DNA of 36,684 nucleotides, taken from contig NW_025213860.1 in the NCBI RefSeq assembly GCF_004010195.1, positions 1 through 36,684 of the forward strand, in the 5' to 3' direction. Below are positions 1-10,137 of this stretch, in pieces. Each line of letters opens with the position of its first letter. The first letter of the stretch is position 1. The notes below the pieces were generated by a model, which searched no databases, was not told where the DNA came from, and was given only the letters and a program-made list of their open reading frames with translations. This stretch comes from Chiloscyllium plagiosum (taxonomy: Eukaryota). The translations under genes were made by a program, and so were the position numbers.

Positions 1-284
1 TATGGGTGTGTTTCAGTCAGTCTCTTGATTTGATTAGGAGATGGGTTTCCATATTAATTAGCTCCGGAGTTTCGGTCTATGAGTCATGGTTAGTGTCTGG
101 ACTAGTGTGGATTTGATCTGTCCTCTGGCTCCCATCTCCCGGTCACGTGGCCGGACCGGCAGCTGCTGAGTTCTGTGGGTTTAAGCTGCGGCTGCCGTTT
201 AAAACACAAAATGAATTCCTATAGTTTTACCGATGTAGGCATAGTCCCGTGGCAAATGCGGGGCAGCTCTGATGCCCGCTTGCA
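1..284 (-). repeat. 3' LTR (partial, U3 portion)
   Basis: Matches 10586-10869 with 6 mismatches in 284 nt by manual comparison; begins TGCAAG on the minus strand one base after the PPT. Confidence 0.95.
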
Positions 285-285
285 G

Positions 286-296
286 TCCCCCCTTTC
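286..296 (-). promoter_or_regulatory. Polypurine tract
   Basis: Minus strand GAAAGGGGGGA, one base upstream of the TG of the 3' LTR. Confidence 0.9.
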
Positions 297-419
297 GGCA
301 AGGGGTTGGACACGTCCACACCCCCTATGCCGATATCTTGAAAGTTGGTTCCTCGCCCGGTACATTCTGTCGGCCATCATGCTGCAGTCATGGGGCCTTT
401 GGATAGTCCCGGGAGAAGG

Positions 420-2188
420 TCACATTAACTCGAGCCCTGTGAGCTCACGGTGCCTGATCGCCCGCCAGGAGTCGATGGCATGGAGCATGGTCTTCCTGGC
501 CTTTCGTTTCTTGTGCTGGCGGCATGAATGACATGCTACCAGGAGCCAGGCCAGAGCCAGCAGTAATTGTATGCCTACAATGGTGTGCGAGATGATTCGG
601 ATCCAGGGATGTATGTTTATGTTTAGGCCCCAATCCCACACCCTCTCCGCCCACCCCTGGGACTGCAGAGCTGTGTCTGTGTCCTCCTCTAGGTCCTTTA
701 CATGTGATTGCGACTGGTGGTACAGTTTCACTGAGTGTCCTACCCGGTTCCTAAGCTCCCGTAAGACCTCGGCCAAATGTGGGATGGGGGCTTGTTCGGG
801 CTCCTGATATTTCCTGAGGGTGTCCCTGAATTTGTCGGTAGTATGTATGGACTCGGGGTTCGGTCGTCGGACCTCTGAGATGTGAGCTTGCCCAACCGTG
901 ACTGGGCGCTTGGGGGTGAAGCAGAACACGTGCTGGGGAATCGGGCACTGCAGTCCATTATACCAAAATGAGGTTTCAAGAGTGGAGACACAGTATCGTC
1001 CCCCCCCACCATACCCCGCCCTAGTGAGGTGGGGGCCCGTGGGTTCGATTTCAAGGGTGCAGCCCTGTGTCCGGTTGAACCCGCAGTCCGCTGTTTCACT
1101 CCTTCGTAAGGGGTGAGGGCAGATGGTAATCGCCCCTCGCTGCTTGCAGCCTGTAAGCGGCACCCCGTACACAGCGCCGTTTCGAGATATGGCTGTGTGG
1201 TGAGCTAATCGATATTTGAGGGAAGCGTCTTCCTGTATGACTCCGATGTTCTCAATGTGAAACAGGGGAAATGGCCCCGNNNNNNNNNNNNNNNNNNNNN
1301 NNNNNNNNNNNNNNNNNNNNNNNNNNNNNNNNNNNNNNNNNNNNNNNNNNNNNNNNNNNNNNNNNNNNNNNNNNNNNNNNNNNNNNNNNNNNNNNNNNNN
1401 NNNNNNNNNNNNNNNNNNNNNNNNNNNNNNNNNNNNNNNNNNNNNNNNNNNNNNNNNNNNNNNNNNNNNNNNNNNNNNNNNNNNNNNNNNNNNNNNNNNN
1501 NNNNNNNNNNNNNCGTCTATGGCCCTCTCTATAACCTCCTTCCCCATCATGGTGTATAGGTTGCGTACCTGTGCTGTGCAATAGTCCGGTACCCGGATGC
1601 CCGATATATTGACCAGCACAGGCACGACCTCGTGTCGGACGTTGTCATAAAGGGCCTCTCCCTCATCCCAAAATACCAGTCCCCCCGCGGGCCCCGGTCC
1701 CAGAGAGGGGCATGGCAATATCTCGGGAGTCGTGGTCGGGGGCGGTGTGGTCGGGGCGGGTGGAAAGCACAAATACAAAGAGACTATCGCGGCATCAGTA
1801 GCTCGTAATCCCCGCAAACAGACAGATCCCGTAAAGTAAAGGCATCAAATGCCGGAGCAGAGGCGAGGTCCTCTGGCATGGCACACATTGTCCCGAACAT
1901 GCAACCCCCCAAGTCCATCGCCTCAGCACGCCGGAGGCAGGTCGGCCGCGGGTCGCGCTCCGACGTGCAGAATAAACAGAGTGTCTGTACACCCGGGGTG
2001 ACCTCCAGCCAGGCGTTGTGGAACCCGTCGATCTCGTCGGGCTTGTCCCTTGCCGGAATACAGAGGGTGTAGGACGCGTTGAAGGCAACACCGTGGCGGT
2101 AGAAGTTGTCATGTATTTCGGGGAAAGAAGGCATCAGTCGTAGGGTGAAGAGGAGAGCAGGGGGGAGCGCGGTGCACCGGTGAAGCAT
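420..2188 (-). pseudogene. env: env, F-like class I fusion glycoprotein (frameshift near 1790-1870; N gap 1280-1513)
   Basis: ORF 1784-2188 starts with a signal-peptide-like MLHRCTALPPALLFTL. ORF 420-1817 has a Pro/Thr linker, a Cys-rich ectodomain, a heptad (LAEVLRELRNRV...VKDLEEDTDTAL), a Trp-rich membrane-proximal stretch, a TM segment IISHTIVGIQLLLALAWLLVAC (531-596) and a basic tail. It lies between IN and the PPT. Confidence 0.9.
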
Positions 2189-2191
2189 GAT

Positions 2192-2241
2192 CTGTGGGAA
2201 GAGAGGGAGAGAGGCACCCTTACCAAGGGTGTAGGGTTAGT
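2192..2241 (-). promoter_or_regulatory. Splice acceptor immediately upstream of env ATG
   Basis: Minus strand ACTAAC (branch point) ... CTCTCCCTCTCTTCCCACAG|ATCATG. Confidence 0.7.
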
Positions 2242-2283
2242 GTGTGTAGGAGCAGGCCCCCCCGGACTGGTCCGCCCGTCGTG

Positions 2284-2310
2284 CTGTAAGGAGAAAAAGG
2301 AGGCGGTTAG
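2284..2310 (-). promoter_or_regulatory. Second splice acceptor just after the integrase stop
   Basis: Minus strand CTAAC CGCCTCCTTTTTCTCCTTACAG|C, a consensus branch point, pyrimidine tract and CAG. Confidence 0.7.
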
Positions 2311-2312
2311 AG

Positions 2313-5300
2313 TCAAGTCAAAGGCGGGGGGGTGTCAGTCCAGAAGGGTTTAAGCTGGGACCAGTGTTTCCACCTGCCCTTTCCCTTCATGTCGACACAG
2401 GCGCATGTGTCGCTGGTGAGGATGACTTCGTGCGGTCCCAGCCACCAGGGGGCGAAGCCGGGCCGGTCGGGGGCGGCCCTGACCAGGACTTTGTCCCCAA
2501 CGCCGGGAAGGGGTTGGGCGGGCAGATGCGGCTGCAGTTTTGCCTGGTCCCTAATGTCCTGCTGGTCGCGCGCAGTTTGTCTAAGGGCCCGCAGCTGCGT
2601 GTCCAGCTGCCTGATATAGCGCATCATCCTGTCGCTCAGGGGGGCCATGTCTTCCCCCCCGACCATGACATTCTCTGGTAGTCGCATGGCGCTCCCCGTC
2701 ATGAGCTCGAAGGGAGTGAGGCCAGTGGAGCGGCCTGGGGTGGCCCTCAAGCGCATCAGTATGCAGGGCAGAACGTCCACCCGGCCCTGCCCTGTTTCGG
2801 CGATTGCCTTCGCGATCGCCGCTTTGAGGGTCCGGTTCATGCGCTCGACCATCCCAGAGCTCTGGGGATGGAACGGGACGTGGAAGCGCTGTCTGATGCC
2901 TAGGAGGCGGCAGGCCAGTTTCATTGCGCGTCCGGTGAAGTGCGTGCCCTGATCTGAGTCAATCTGGAGGGGGACCCCCCAGCGAGGGAAGATGTCGAAG
3001 GCCGGCACTCTGGCCACGGTGGCGGATGTACAGTCCCGTGTAGGGAAGGCCGATCACCAGGCAATACTTCTTGCCACGGCTGGGGGGTAGGGGTCCTGTG
3101 AAATCAACTTGGAGATTCTCCCAGGGCCCCTTGGACCGTGGCTGGTGCGCCAGGGGAATGCGCAGGGGCCGCCCCGGGTTGTGCTGGGCGCAGACAACGC
3201 ATCGGCGGCAGTGTTTGGCCACGTCGCAGCCGAGGCCAGGCCACCACCAGTTGGTCTGAGCCTAGCATGCGTTCCGTCGCGGCCCGCGTGGTCTGGCTCG
3301 TGGTGTAATTGCATCAAGGTCGTTCCGATGGCTGCGGGGGCCACGACCCTGTCGCCGTGCCACCACACCCCATTGGGGCCGCGGGCTGCGCCCTTTGCCA
3401 GCCAGTCCTCTAACTCACCGGGCTGTGTGCAATTCTGGACGTCCAGGACATTCACGTCCCGGACCTCAATAGCGGGTGCTGCATGCGCGGACGGTAGCAC
3501 CGCGCCCGCGGCGGCCTTTGCGGCCAGGTCGGCCCAATGATTCCCTAGCTGTTCAGCGGTGGTGGCCCGTTGGTGTGCTTTGATTTTCACCACCGCGGCG
3601 AGCAGGGGGAGGCGTGCGGCCGCCACCAGGTCGCGGACCGTATTTTCGTGTTTGATCTGGCCACCGCCGGCCGTGATAAAGCCCCGGCGGCTCCACGCTG
3701 CCATGTAATCATGGACTACCCCGAAAGCGTACTGGCTGTCGGTAAAGATGTTCACCCGCTTGCCTGCTCCCAGGTGGAGTGCGGCGGTGAGAGCGACCAG
3801 CTCCGCGACCTGGGCGGAGGTGTCGCCCCCCCATCGTTCCCTGAGCTCGGGTGGTCCCGGTATGGTCGACCACCGCCCATCCCGTTTGGTAGGACCCCTC
3901 GACAAGCCTACGTGAGCCGTCCACATACAAGGTCAGGTCGGGATTAGGGACCGGGCTGTCGGCCACGCAGTCCCCCTCCACCGAATCGATGGCGGCCTGG
4001 CAATGGTGGGGTTCCCCTACCGCGATAATCCCGTCGGCGGGGTTTAGTCCTGTGTCCCTAACGATCTGAATGGACTGGTCCCGGGGGAGGAGAACCGCCT
4101 CCCAAGTTGCCCTGTGGGCATCCGAGACCGTCCGGAGGCGGCCCGTGTTCAGGAGTTCAACTATCGTGTGTCTAGTGTGTAGTATTAACTGTCCGGACAT
4201 GGTGGCCAGCTCACATACCCAGACCGCCCATGCGGCGCAATCCAGCGCTGCTATGCAGCGGTGCATGCCCTTCACGACCGGGGACTCCTTTGTGGAGTAG
4301 TAACCTACTGGTCTCATGTGGTCGCCTGAGGTTTGCGTGATAACAGCGCTGTAAAACCCACCATCGAGTCTGTAGAAGATGTGGAAGGGCTTGGATAGGT
4401 CAGGGAGGCGCAGGGCCGGGGCGCTGAGGAGATGGGACTTTAACATAGAGTAAGCGTCATCCTGTTCGGGTCCCCATACCACCCTCTCCGCTCCCGGCCT
4501 GCCCCGCTTCACTAGGCGCTGAATGGGTTCGGCGATAGTGGCGAAATGTGCAATGAAAGAGCGGCAGTAGTTAAAAAGCCCCAAGATGCGGCGGATTCCC
4601 CTGTGTCCAGCCGCGGCATGTCGGCGATGGCCGACTTGCGGTCGGGGGGTAGGGTCTTGCTTCCCTGGCTGATGTCGTGTCCCAGGTAGCGGACTTTAGC
4701 CAGTCCGACCTGAGCCTTCATGGGGCTTATTTTGAATCTTGCCCGGCCGAGGGTCCGCAGGACGGCGGCCAGGGCTCCCAGGTGGTGGCGCGCGTCCGTG
4801 GACGCGATCAAAAGGTCGTCTACATATTGTAGGAGGTCGCACCCCTCCAGGGTCCGGCTCATGACCCTGTGGAAAATTTTAGGGCTGTTGTGGAAGCCCT
4901 GTGGCAGGCTGGTCCATGTGTACTGCCTGTCCCGCAGCGTGAAGGCAAACTTGTCCTTGAGTCACGGTGCAGGGGAATGGAACAAAAGCCATTCGCCACG
5001 TCCAGGACCGTAAAGATCCAGGACCGTAAAGATCCGGTGTGAGGGTTCGAGGCCATTGAAGATGGTTGTTGGGCTGGCTATGATAGGGTGCTCTCTGGGG
5101 GTGACCCTATTGACTGCCGTGTAGTCGATGGTGACCCTGTAGCTCCCATCCGGCTTCCAGACTGGCCATATAGGGGAGTTGGTGGTGGACACCGTGGGGT
5201 GCAGGACGCCGTGTCGGGTGAGCTCGGCGACGATTGCCTCAGTGGCGCGCAGCGCCTCAGGTTTAATCGGGTATTGTCGGTGCGGGGCGTGTACGGGCCC

Positions 5301-5837
5301 GAGTATCTGCTCAGGAGGAGAGCGGACGAGGCCGCAGTCCTGCTTGCTCGTGGCCCACACCTCCGGGACTAGTTGGCAGACGGCCCCGAAGGCACCGTCC
5401 TTGGCCCAGTCCCGGGCGATGGGCACACTGGGTGCAAGTGTAGCGACGGATTTAGTGGGCACCCATCTCCCCTCGTGGGAGCTCCTGTGAAGATCGCGGG
5501 ATGTCCACAGGAGGCGACAGTGGAACACATCCACCACCACCCCCAGCTCGCCCAGGAGGTCGATACCCATAATCGTCCCCTCCGGGTTTGGGCAAACCCA
5601 GAAATGTACGGGGAGTAAAATGTTGTCTACCTCTAGGAGGACGGCCTCGCTTCGGCGTGCAATAACCGAGCTCCCCCCAACCCCTTTAATGGAAATGGAG
5701 TGGTGGGTTGAGGGAAGGTCGAGGTCGGTGAGGGAGACTGACGCCCCCGTATCAATCAAAATCTTGCATCGGCGGCCCCCTAGCGATGCGGAAACTCAGA
5801 TACGGGGGTCGGCTCCCGGGACGGGGGCCGACGCTAC
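2313..5837 (-). pseudogene. pol: pro-pol (protease, reverse transcriptase, tether, RNase H, integrase), multiply frameshifted
   Basis: PR LIDTGAS; RT NSPIWPVWKPDGSYRVTIDY, FTVLDVANGF, LPQGFHNSP, LQYVDDLL; RNase H LYVDGS, SAQVAELVAL, IFTDSQY, GNHWAD; IN CRRCVVC, LQVDFTGPLP, IDSDQGTHF, PQSSGMVERMNRTLK, WLGPHEV. Split across ORFs 4962-5759, 4859-5056, 4512-4862, 3709-4584, 3054-3926, 2959-3222 and 2313-3017, with a stop at 5796-5798. Confidence 0.96.
5001..5032. repeat. 16-bp tandem duplication frameshifting RT
   Basis: TCCAGGACCGTAAAGA x2, inside the FTVLD motif. Confidence 0.9.
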
Positions 5838-7203
5838 TCAGTCTTTGCGTCGGGCGAGCATCTGTAAAAGCTCGAGCAGCTGGCCCCGACTGAGCTGATC
5901 CCAGTCGGGGGTGGTGGGTTTCGGGCTTGGGCTGCGGGGTTTGTGGGGGCTGGGGTCACTGTTGACCCCTTGTCTGGGGCGTTCCTGGTCATGGGGGCAC
6001 AAGGAGTGCGGCTGTGAGGGTGGCTGGCCTCCCTTTGGACCCGGACCCCAGGGGCGTCGGAAAGAGAGCGGGCATTGGGCTTTGCGGTGTCCCGGCTGTT
6101 TGCAGCGGAAGCAAACGTCCGGTTCGTCCGTCGAAACTGCCGCAACGGCGGGCGCCGCTCGGTTGTCAAGGGACATGGCCCAGTTCTCAAGCTCCGCAAA
6201 GGTGACATAGGGCACCAGGCCCGTCCGTAGGACTGCCTGGTGTGCGGGGCTCAGACCGTCTTTGTATAATTAGACGAATACGGGGTTCTGCCTATCAGCG
6301 TCGGGAACCCCGCTGTGCGCTCAGAATGCCTCGAACTTGCGGACCCCATATTCCTGGGCGCCCTCCCCAGGTTTCTGAGTGATACCCACAATGGCGTTCC
6401 AGTCGACCGGTGTATGGCCGAGCGCCTCGCTGACATTAGCCTTGAAGTTGGCGAGGGCAACCTCCTGTTCGCGACGGCTGTCGCTGAGGTCAGCGCACCA
6501 GGACCCATTCTTGTGCGCGGGCTGGAGCCTGGTCCACAGGTTCTCCGGGAGTTTGGTCCGGACCAGGCCGGCCACGTCCCTATTGTGAAGGTTGTGGCAG
6601 ATCTGCATCTCCCTAAGCCTCTGCCAAAATTCAGCGTTATTGTGCCGAGGCTTAAGGCCGGAGAGCCTGTCCAGAAGTTTCATGGTGTCGTCCGGGGACA
6701 GGGAGACGTAGGTCATCTTAAGGCGGGGGTTATGGGCAAGGGTCGTTGTCTGTCCCCTCTCCCCTCCCCCGGGGGTATATTCAACTTTCACCGGGACTGC
6801 ACGGGCATAGCGATTCCCGGGGGTCCGGATTGTCCGTGAGCCCCTCCCAGTCCCAGGTGGGGGACGGCGGGGCGCTGGGCGCATCGGATAAGGTCGGTAA
6901 AACCGTACGGGCAGCAAGCGCCTGAGCTTCTAGATGCTCCGTGGCCTGCTGCTTCTTGTCTTGGACATAGAGCTGAACCTTGCCAGCAAGCCTGACGTGT
7001 GCCTGCAGCACCAAGACGCAAGCTTTCTCGTACCTATCTTTCTTCTGGCGGGCCCACCACTCGCGCTGTACATCCAGCGGGTCAGCGGGCTCCCAGCCTG
7101 AGCGAAGCATAGCCTTAATAAGTGTCTTATTCTTGTCGGCTATAAAATGGGTAAGGGAACCCTCTGGCCCCCAACCTAGGTTTTCGGCCGCGCTCCCACC
7201 CAT
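5838..7203 (-). pseudogene. gag: gag copy B (full length; one frameshift, two internal stops)
   Basis: ATG in strong Kozak context (CTACCATGG), Gly2 (MGGSAA), capsid MHR-like QKPGEGAQEYGVRKFEAF, single CX2CX4HX4C knuckle CFRCKQPGHRKAQC; its stop is in frame with protease. Confidence 0.9.
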
Positions 7204-7935
7204 GGTAGGGGCGCAGCGGGTGTAACTTAACAGAAGCTAATTTAAAATAAAGCTAGCAGGCTTGCTAGGGATGTCGCTGGCATTGGCTTATTAATCTCCC
7301 AGTCGGGGAGTCCACCCCCTTCAAGTCGAACCCTAGCCCCGCAGGTCAACCTGGGCAGGGGGGGAATAGTTACAGGCGGGGCGCGTGTCGATTCCCGAGC
7401 ACGCAACCCCGGGTTTCCGTGAGTCTCTCTCTCACTGCCTGACGTTCAGCGGCCGTGTGTACCCCACAAACACTGGGCGTGAACCAGAGGCCCGAGTGCA
7501 AGGGGGGGGGCGTGAAGTCAGACCTAGTCGCGCCTGATCCTACAGAGGCCAATACCCCGGGACCGCGAGGTCAATGGGCAGAGCGTATAACCGTCGCTTG
7601 GCCCAAAGACCCCGCGTCTCGGGCTGATTTGGAGGACTTCCCTTCTTGTAGCGCGCGTAGGCCTCCCAGCCTCTACCGCGTACGCTAAAACCGGGCTCAG
7701 CGTACAATGGGGTCCCCTAACTCCCACTGCAGAGGTCAATCAGGAAGGCTTGGTCGGTTTTTAAACAGGGGGGGGTCAATCTGTCAGGGTCTCATACCTA
7801 AAGTCGTTGGTCCAAGGATAGTCCGTCAGTCACAGTAGCACATTGACAATAAACGACAATAATAATAATCACGCACACTTTTACTAGTGTTCCCCGACCC
7901 CAACCGCCCACCCACAAAGGATCACTCACACACAC
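7204..7935 (-). repeat. Duplicated 5' leader (copy B)
   Basis: Aligns with 9213-~9950 with substitutions and indels. Confidence 0.9.
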
Positions 7936-9212
7936 TTGGGCTGCGGGGTTTGTGGGGGCTGGGGTCGCTGTTGACCCCTTGTCTGGGGCATTCCTGGTTG
8001 TGGGGGCGTGAAGAGTGAGGCTGTGAGGGTGGCCGGCCCCCCTTTTGGCCCCAGGGACGTTGGGAAGAGAGCGGGCATTGGGCTTTGTGGTGCCCCATCC
8101 GTTTGCAGCGGAAGCAAACGTCCGGTCCGACCGTCGAAACTGCCGCAACGGCGGGCGCCGCTCGGTTGTCAAGGGACATGGCCCAGTTCTCATGCTCCGC
8201 AAAGGTGACATAGGGCACCAGGCCCGTCCGTAGGACTGCCTGGTGTGCGGGGCTCAGGCCGTCTTTGTATAATTGAATGAATGCGGGGTTCTGCCTATCA
8301 GCGTCGGGAACCCCGCTGTGCGCTCAAAATGCCTCGAACTTGCGGACCCCATATTCCTGGGCGCCCTCCCCAGGTTTCTGAGTGATACCCACAATGGCGT
8401 TCCAGTTGACCGGTGTATGGCCGAGCACCTCGCTGACATTAGCCTTGAAGTCGGCGAGGGCAACCTCCTGTTCGCGACGGTTGTCGCTGAGGTCAGCGCA
8501 CCAGGACCCGGCCTGGTGTGCGGGCCGGAGCCTGGTCCACAGGTTCTCCGGGAGTTTGGTCCGAACCAGGCCGGCCACGTCCCTATTGTGAAGGTTGTGG
8601 CAGATCCGCATCTCCCTAAGCCTCTGCCAAAATTCTGCGTTATTGTGCCGAGGCTTAAGGGCGGGGAGCCTGTCCAGAAGTTTCATGGTGTCGCCCGGGG
8701 TCAGGGAGACATAGGTCATCTTAAAGCGGGGGTTATGAGCAAGGGTCGTGGGTCGTGGCCCGTCCCCCCCCAGGGGTATATTCAACTTTCACTGGGGCTG
8801 CATGGGCATAGCCCGAGCACGATTCCCGGGGGTCCTGATTGTCCGTGAGCCCCTCTCCAGTCCCAGGTGGGGGACGGCGGGGGGCTGGGTGCATCGGTTA
8901 AGGTCGGTAAAACTGTACGGGCAGCAAGCGCCTGGGCTTCTAGATGCTCCGTGGCCTGCTGCTTCTTGTCTTGGACATAGAGCTGAACCTTGCCAGCAAG
9001 CCTGACGTGTGCCTGCAGCTCCAAGACGCAAGCTTTCTCGTACCTATCTTTCTTCTGGCGGGCCCACCACTCGCGCTGTACATCCAGCGGGTCAGCGAGT
9101 CGGCAGCCTGAGCGAAGCATAGCCTTAATAACTTTTTTATTCTCATCGGCTATAAAACGGGTAAGGGAACCCTCCGCCCCCAATCTAGGTCTTCAGCCGC
9201 GCTTCCACCCAT
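7936..9212 (-). pseudogene. gag: gag copy A (3'-truncated after the zinc knuckle; frameshifts and a stop)
   Basis: Paralogous to ~5929-7203; CFRCKRMGHHKAQC knuckle; ATG at 9212; breaks into leader sequence after PHKPRSPS. Confidence 0.9.
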
Positions 9213-9920
9213 GGTAGGGGCGCAGCGGGTGTAACTTGACAGAAGCTAAACTAAAGTAAAGCTTGCAGGTGTGCTAAGGGATGTCGCTGGCACTAGTTTA
9301 TTAATCTCCCAGTCGGGGAGCCCATTCCCTGTAAGTCGAACCCTAGCCCCGCGGGTCAACCTGGGCAGCGGGGGGGATAGTTTCCGTGAGTCTCTCTCTC
9401 ACCGCCTGATGTTCAGCGGCCATGTGTACCCCACGAACATTGGGCGTGAACCAGGAGCCCAGGTGTGGTTGGGGGGGGGGGGCGGGGGGTCGTGAACTCA
9501 GACCTAACCATGCCTGATCCTGCAGAGGCCAACACCTCGGGACCGCGTATTCAATGGGCAGTGTGCGTAACCGCCGGTTGGCCCAGAGGCTCCGCGTCTC
9601 GGGCTGATTTGGAGGACTTCCCTTCTTGTGGCGCGTGCGTAGACCTCCCAGCCTCTACCGCGTACACAAGGAAGGCGCTAAAACCGGGCTCAACGTACAA
9701 TGGGGTCCCCTATCTCCCACTGCAGAGGTCAACCAGGAAGGCTTGTTTGGTCGGTTTTTAAACAGGGGGGGGTCAATCTGTCGGGATCTCGTACCTAAAG
9801 TCGTCGGTCCAAGGATAGTCCGTCAGCCACAGTAGCACATTAACAATAAACGACAATAATAATAATCACACACATTTACTAGTGTTCCGCGACCCCAATC
9901 GCCCACCCGCGAAGGATCAC

Positions 9921-9948
9921 TCACACACACATGTACACACACGCACAC
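9921..9948. repeat. Imperfect (CA)n microsatellite in the retroviral leader
   Basis: tcacacacacatgtacacacacgcacac. Confidence 0.7.
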
Positions 9949-10077
9949 TTTTAAAGAGTACTCTACCGTTACACGACTACCGGACTCACTCTGTTCACAG
10001 GTTCAGATAACGGCCAGCAGTGAAGTCCCTTGAGGGGCACTGGGAGACTTTTACGCGAGAAGTAAAAGAGTAAAGAT

Positions 10078-10086
10078 ACTCACCCA
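10078..10086 (-). promoter_or_regulatory. Putative major splice donor
   Basis: Minus strand TGG|GTGAGT, ~35 nt downstream of the PBS. Confidence 0.65.
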
Positions 10087-10117
10087 GTGCCGTCGCAGGG
10101 ATCCAGCAGCCGTCGTT

Positions 10118-10135
10118 ATCCCGGACGAGCCCCCA
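10118..10135 (-). promoter_or_regulatory. Primer-binding site, tRNA-Pro
   Basis: Minus strand TGGGGGCTCGTCCGGGAT, the 18-nt complement of the tRNA-Pro 3' end (same as the MLV PBS), 2 nt from the LTR CA end. Confidence 0.96.
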
Positions 10136-10137
10136 AT

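Noticed and set aside
7798..7935. Hydrophobic VCVIIIIVVYC stretch suggesting a glyco-Gag-like leader protein
   Set aside because: Arises from an (ATT)n run; in leader copy A it is stopped after 11 codons and is not in frame with gag
175..9835. Plus-strand ORFs antisense to the provirus (e.g. 6315-6839, 8273-8848, 175-531)
   Set aside because: Expected from GC-rich codon complementarity; no domains or promoter evidence
10118..10135. tRNA-Pro gene
   Set aside because: Only the 3' 18 nt including CCA are present, so this is a PBS
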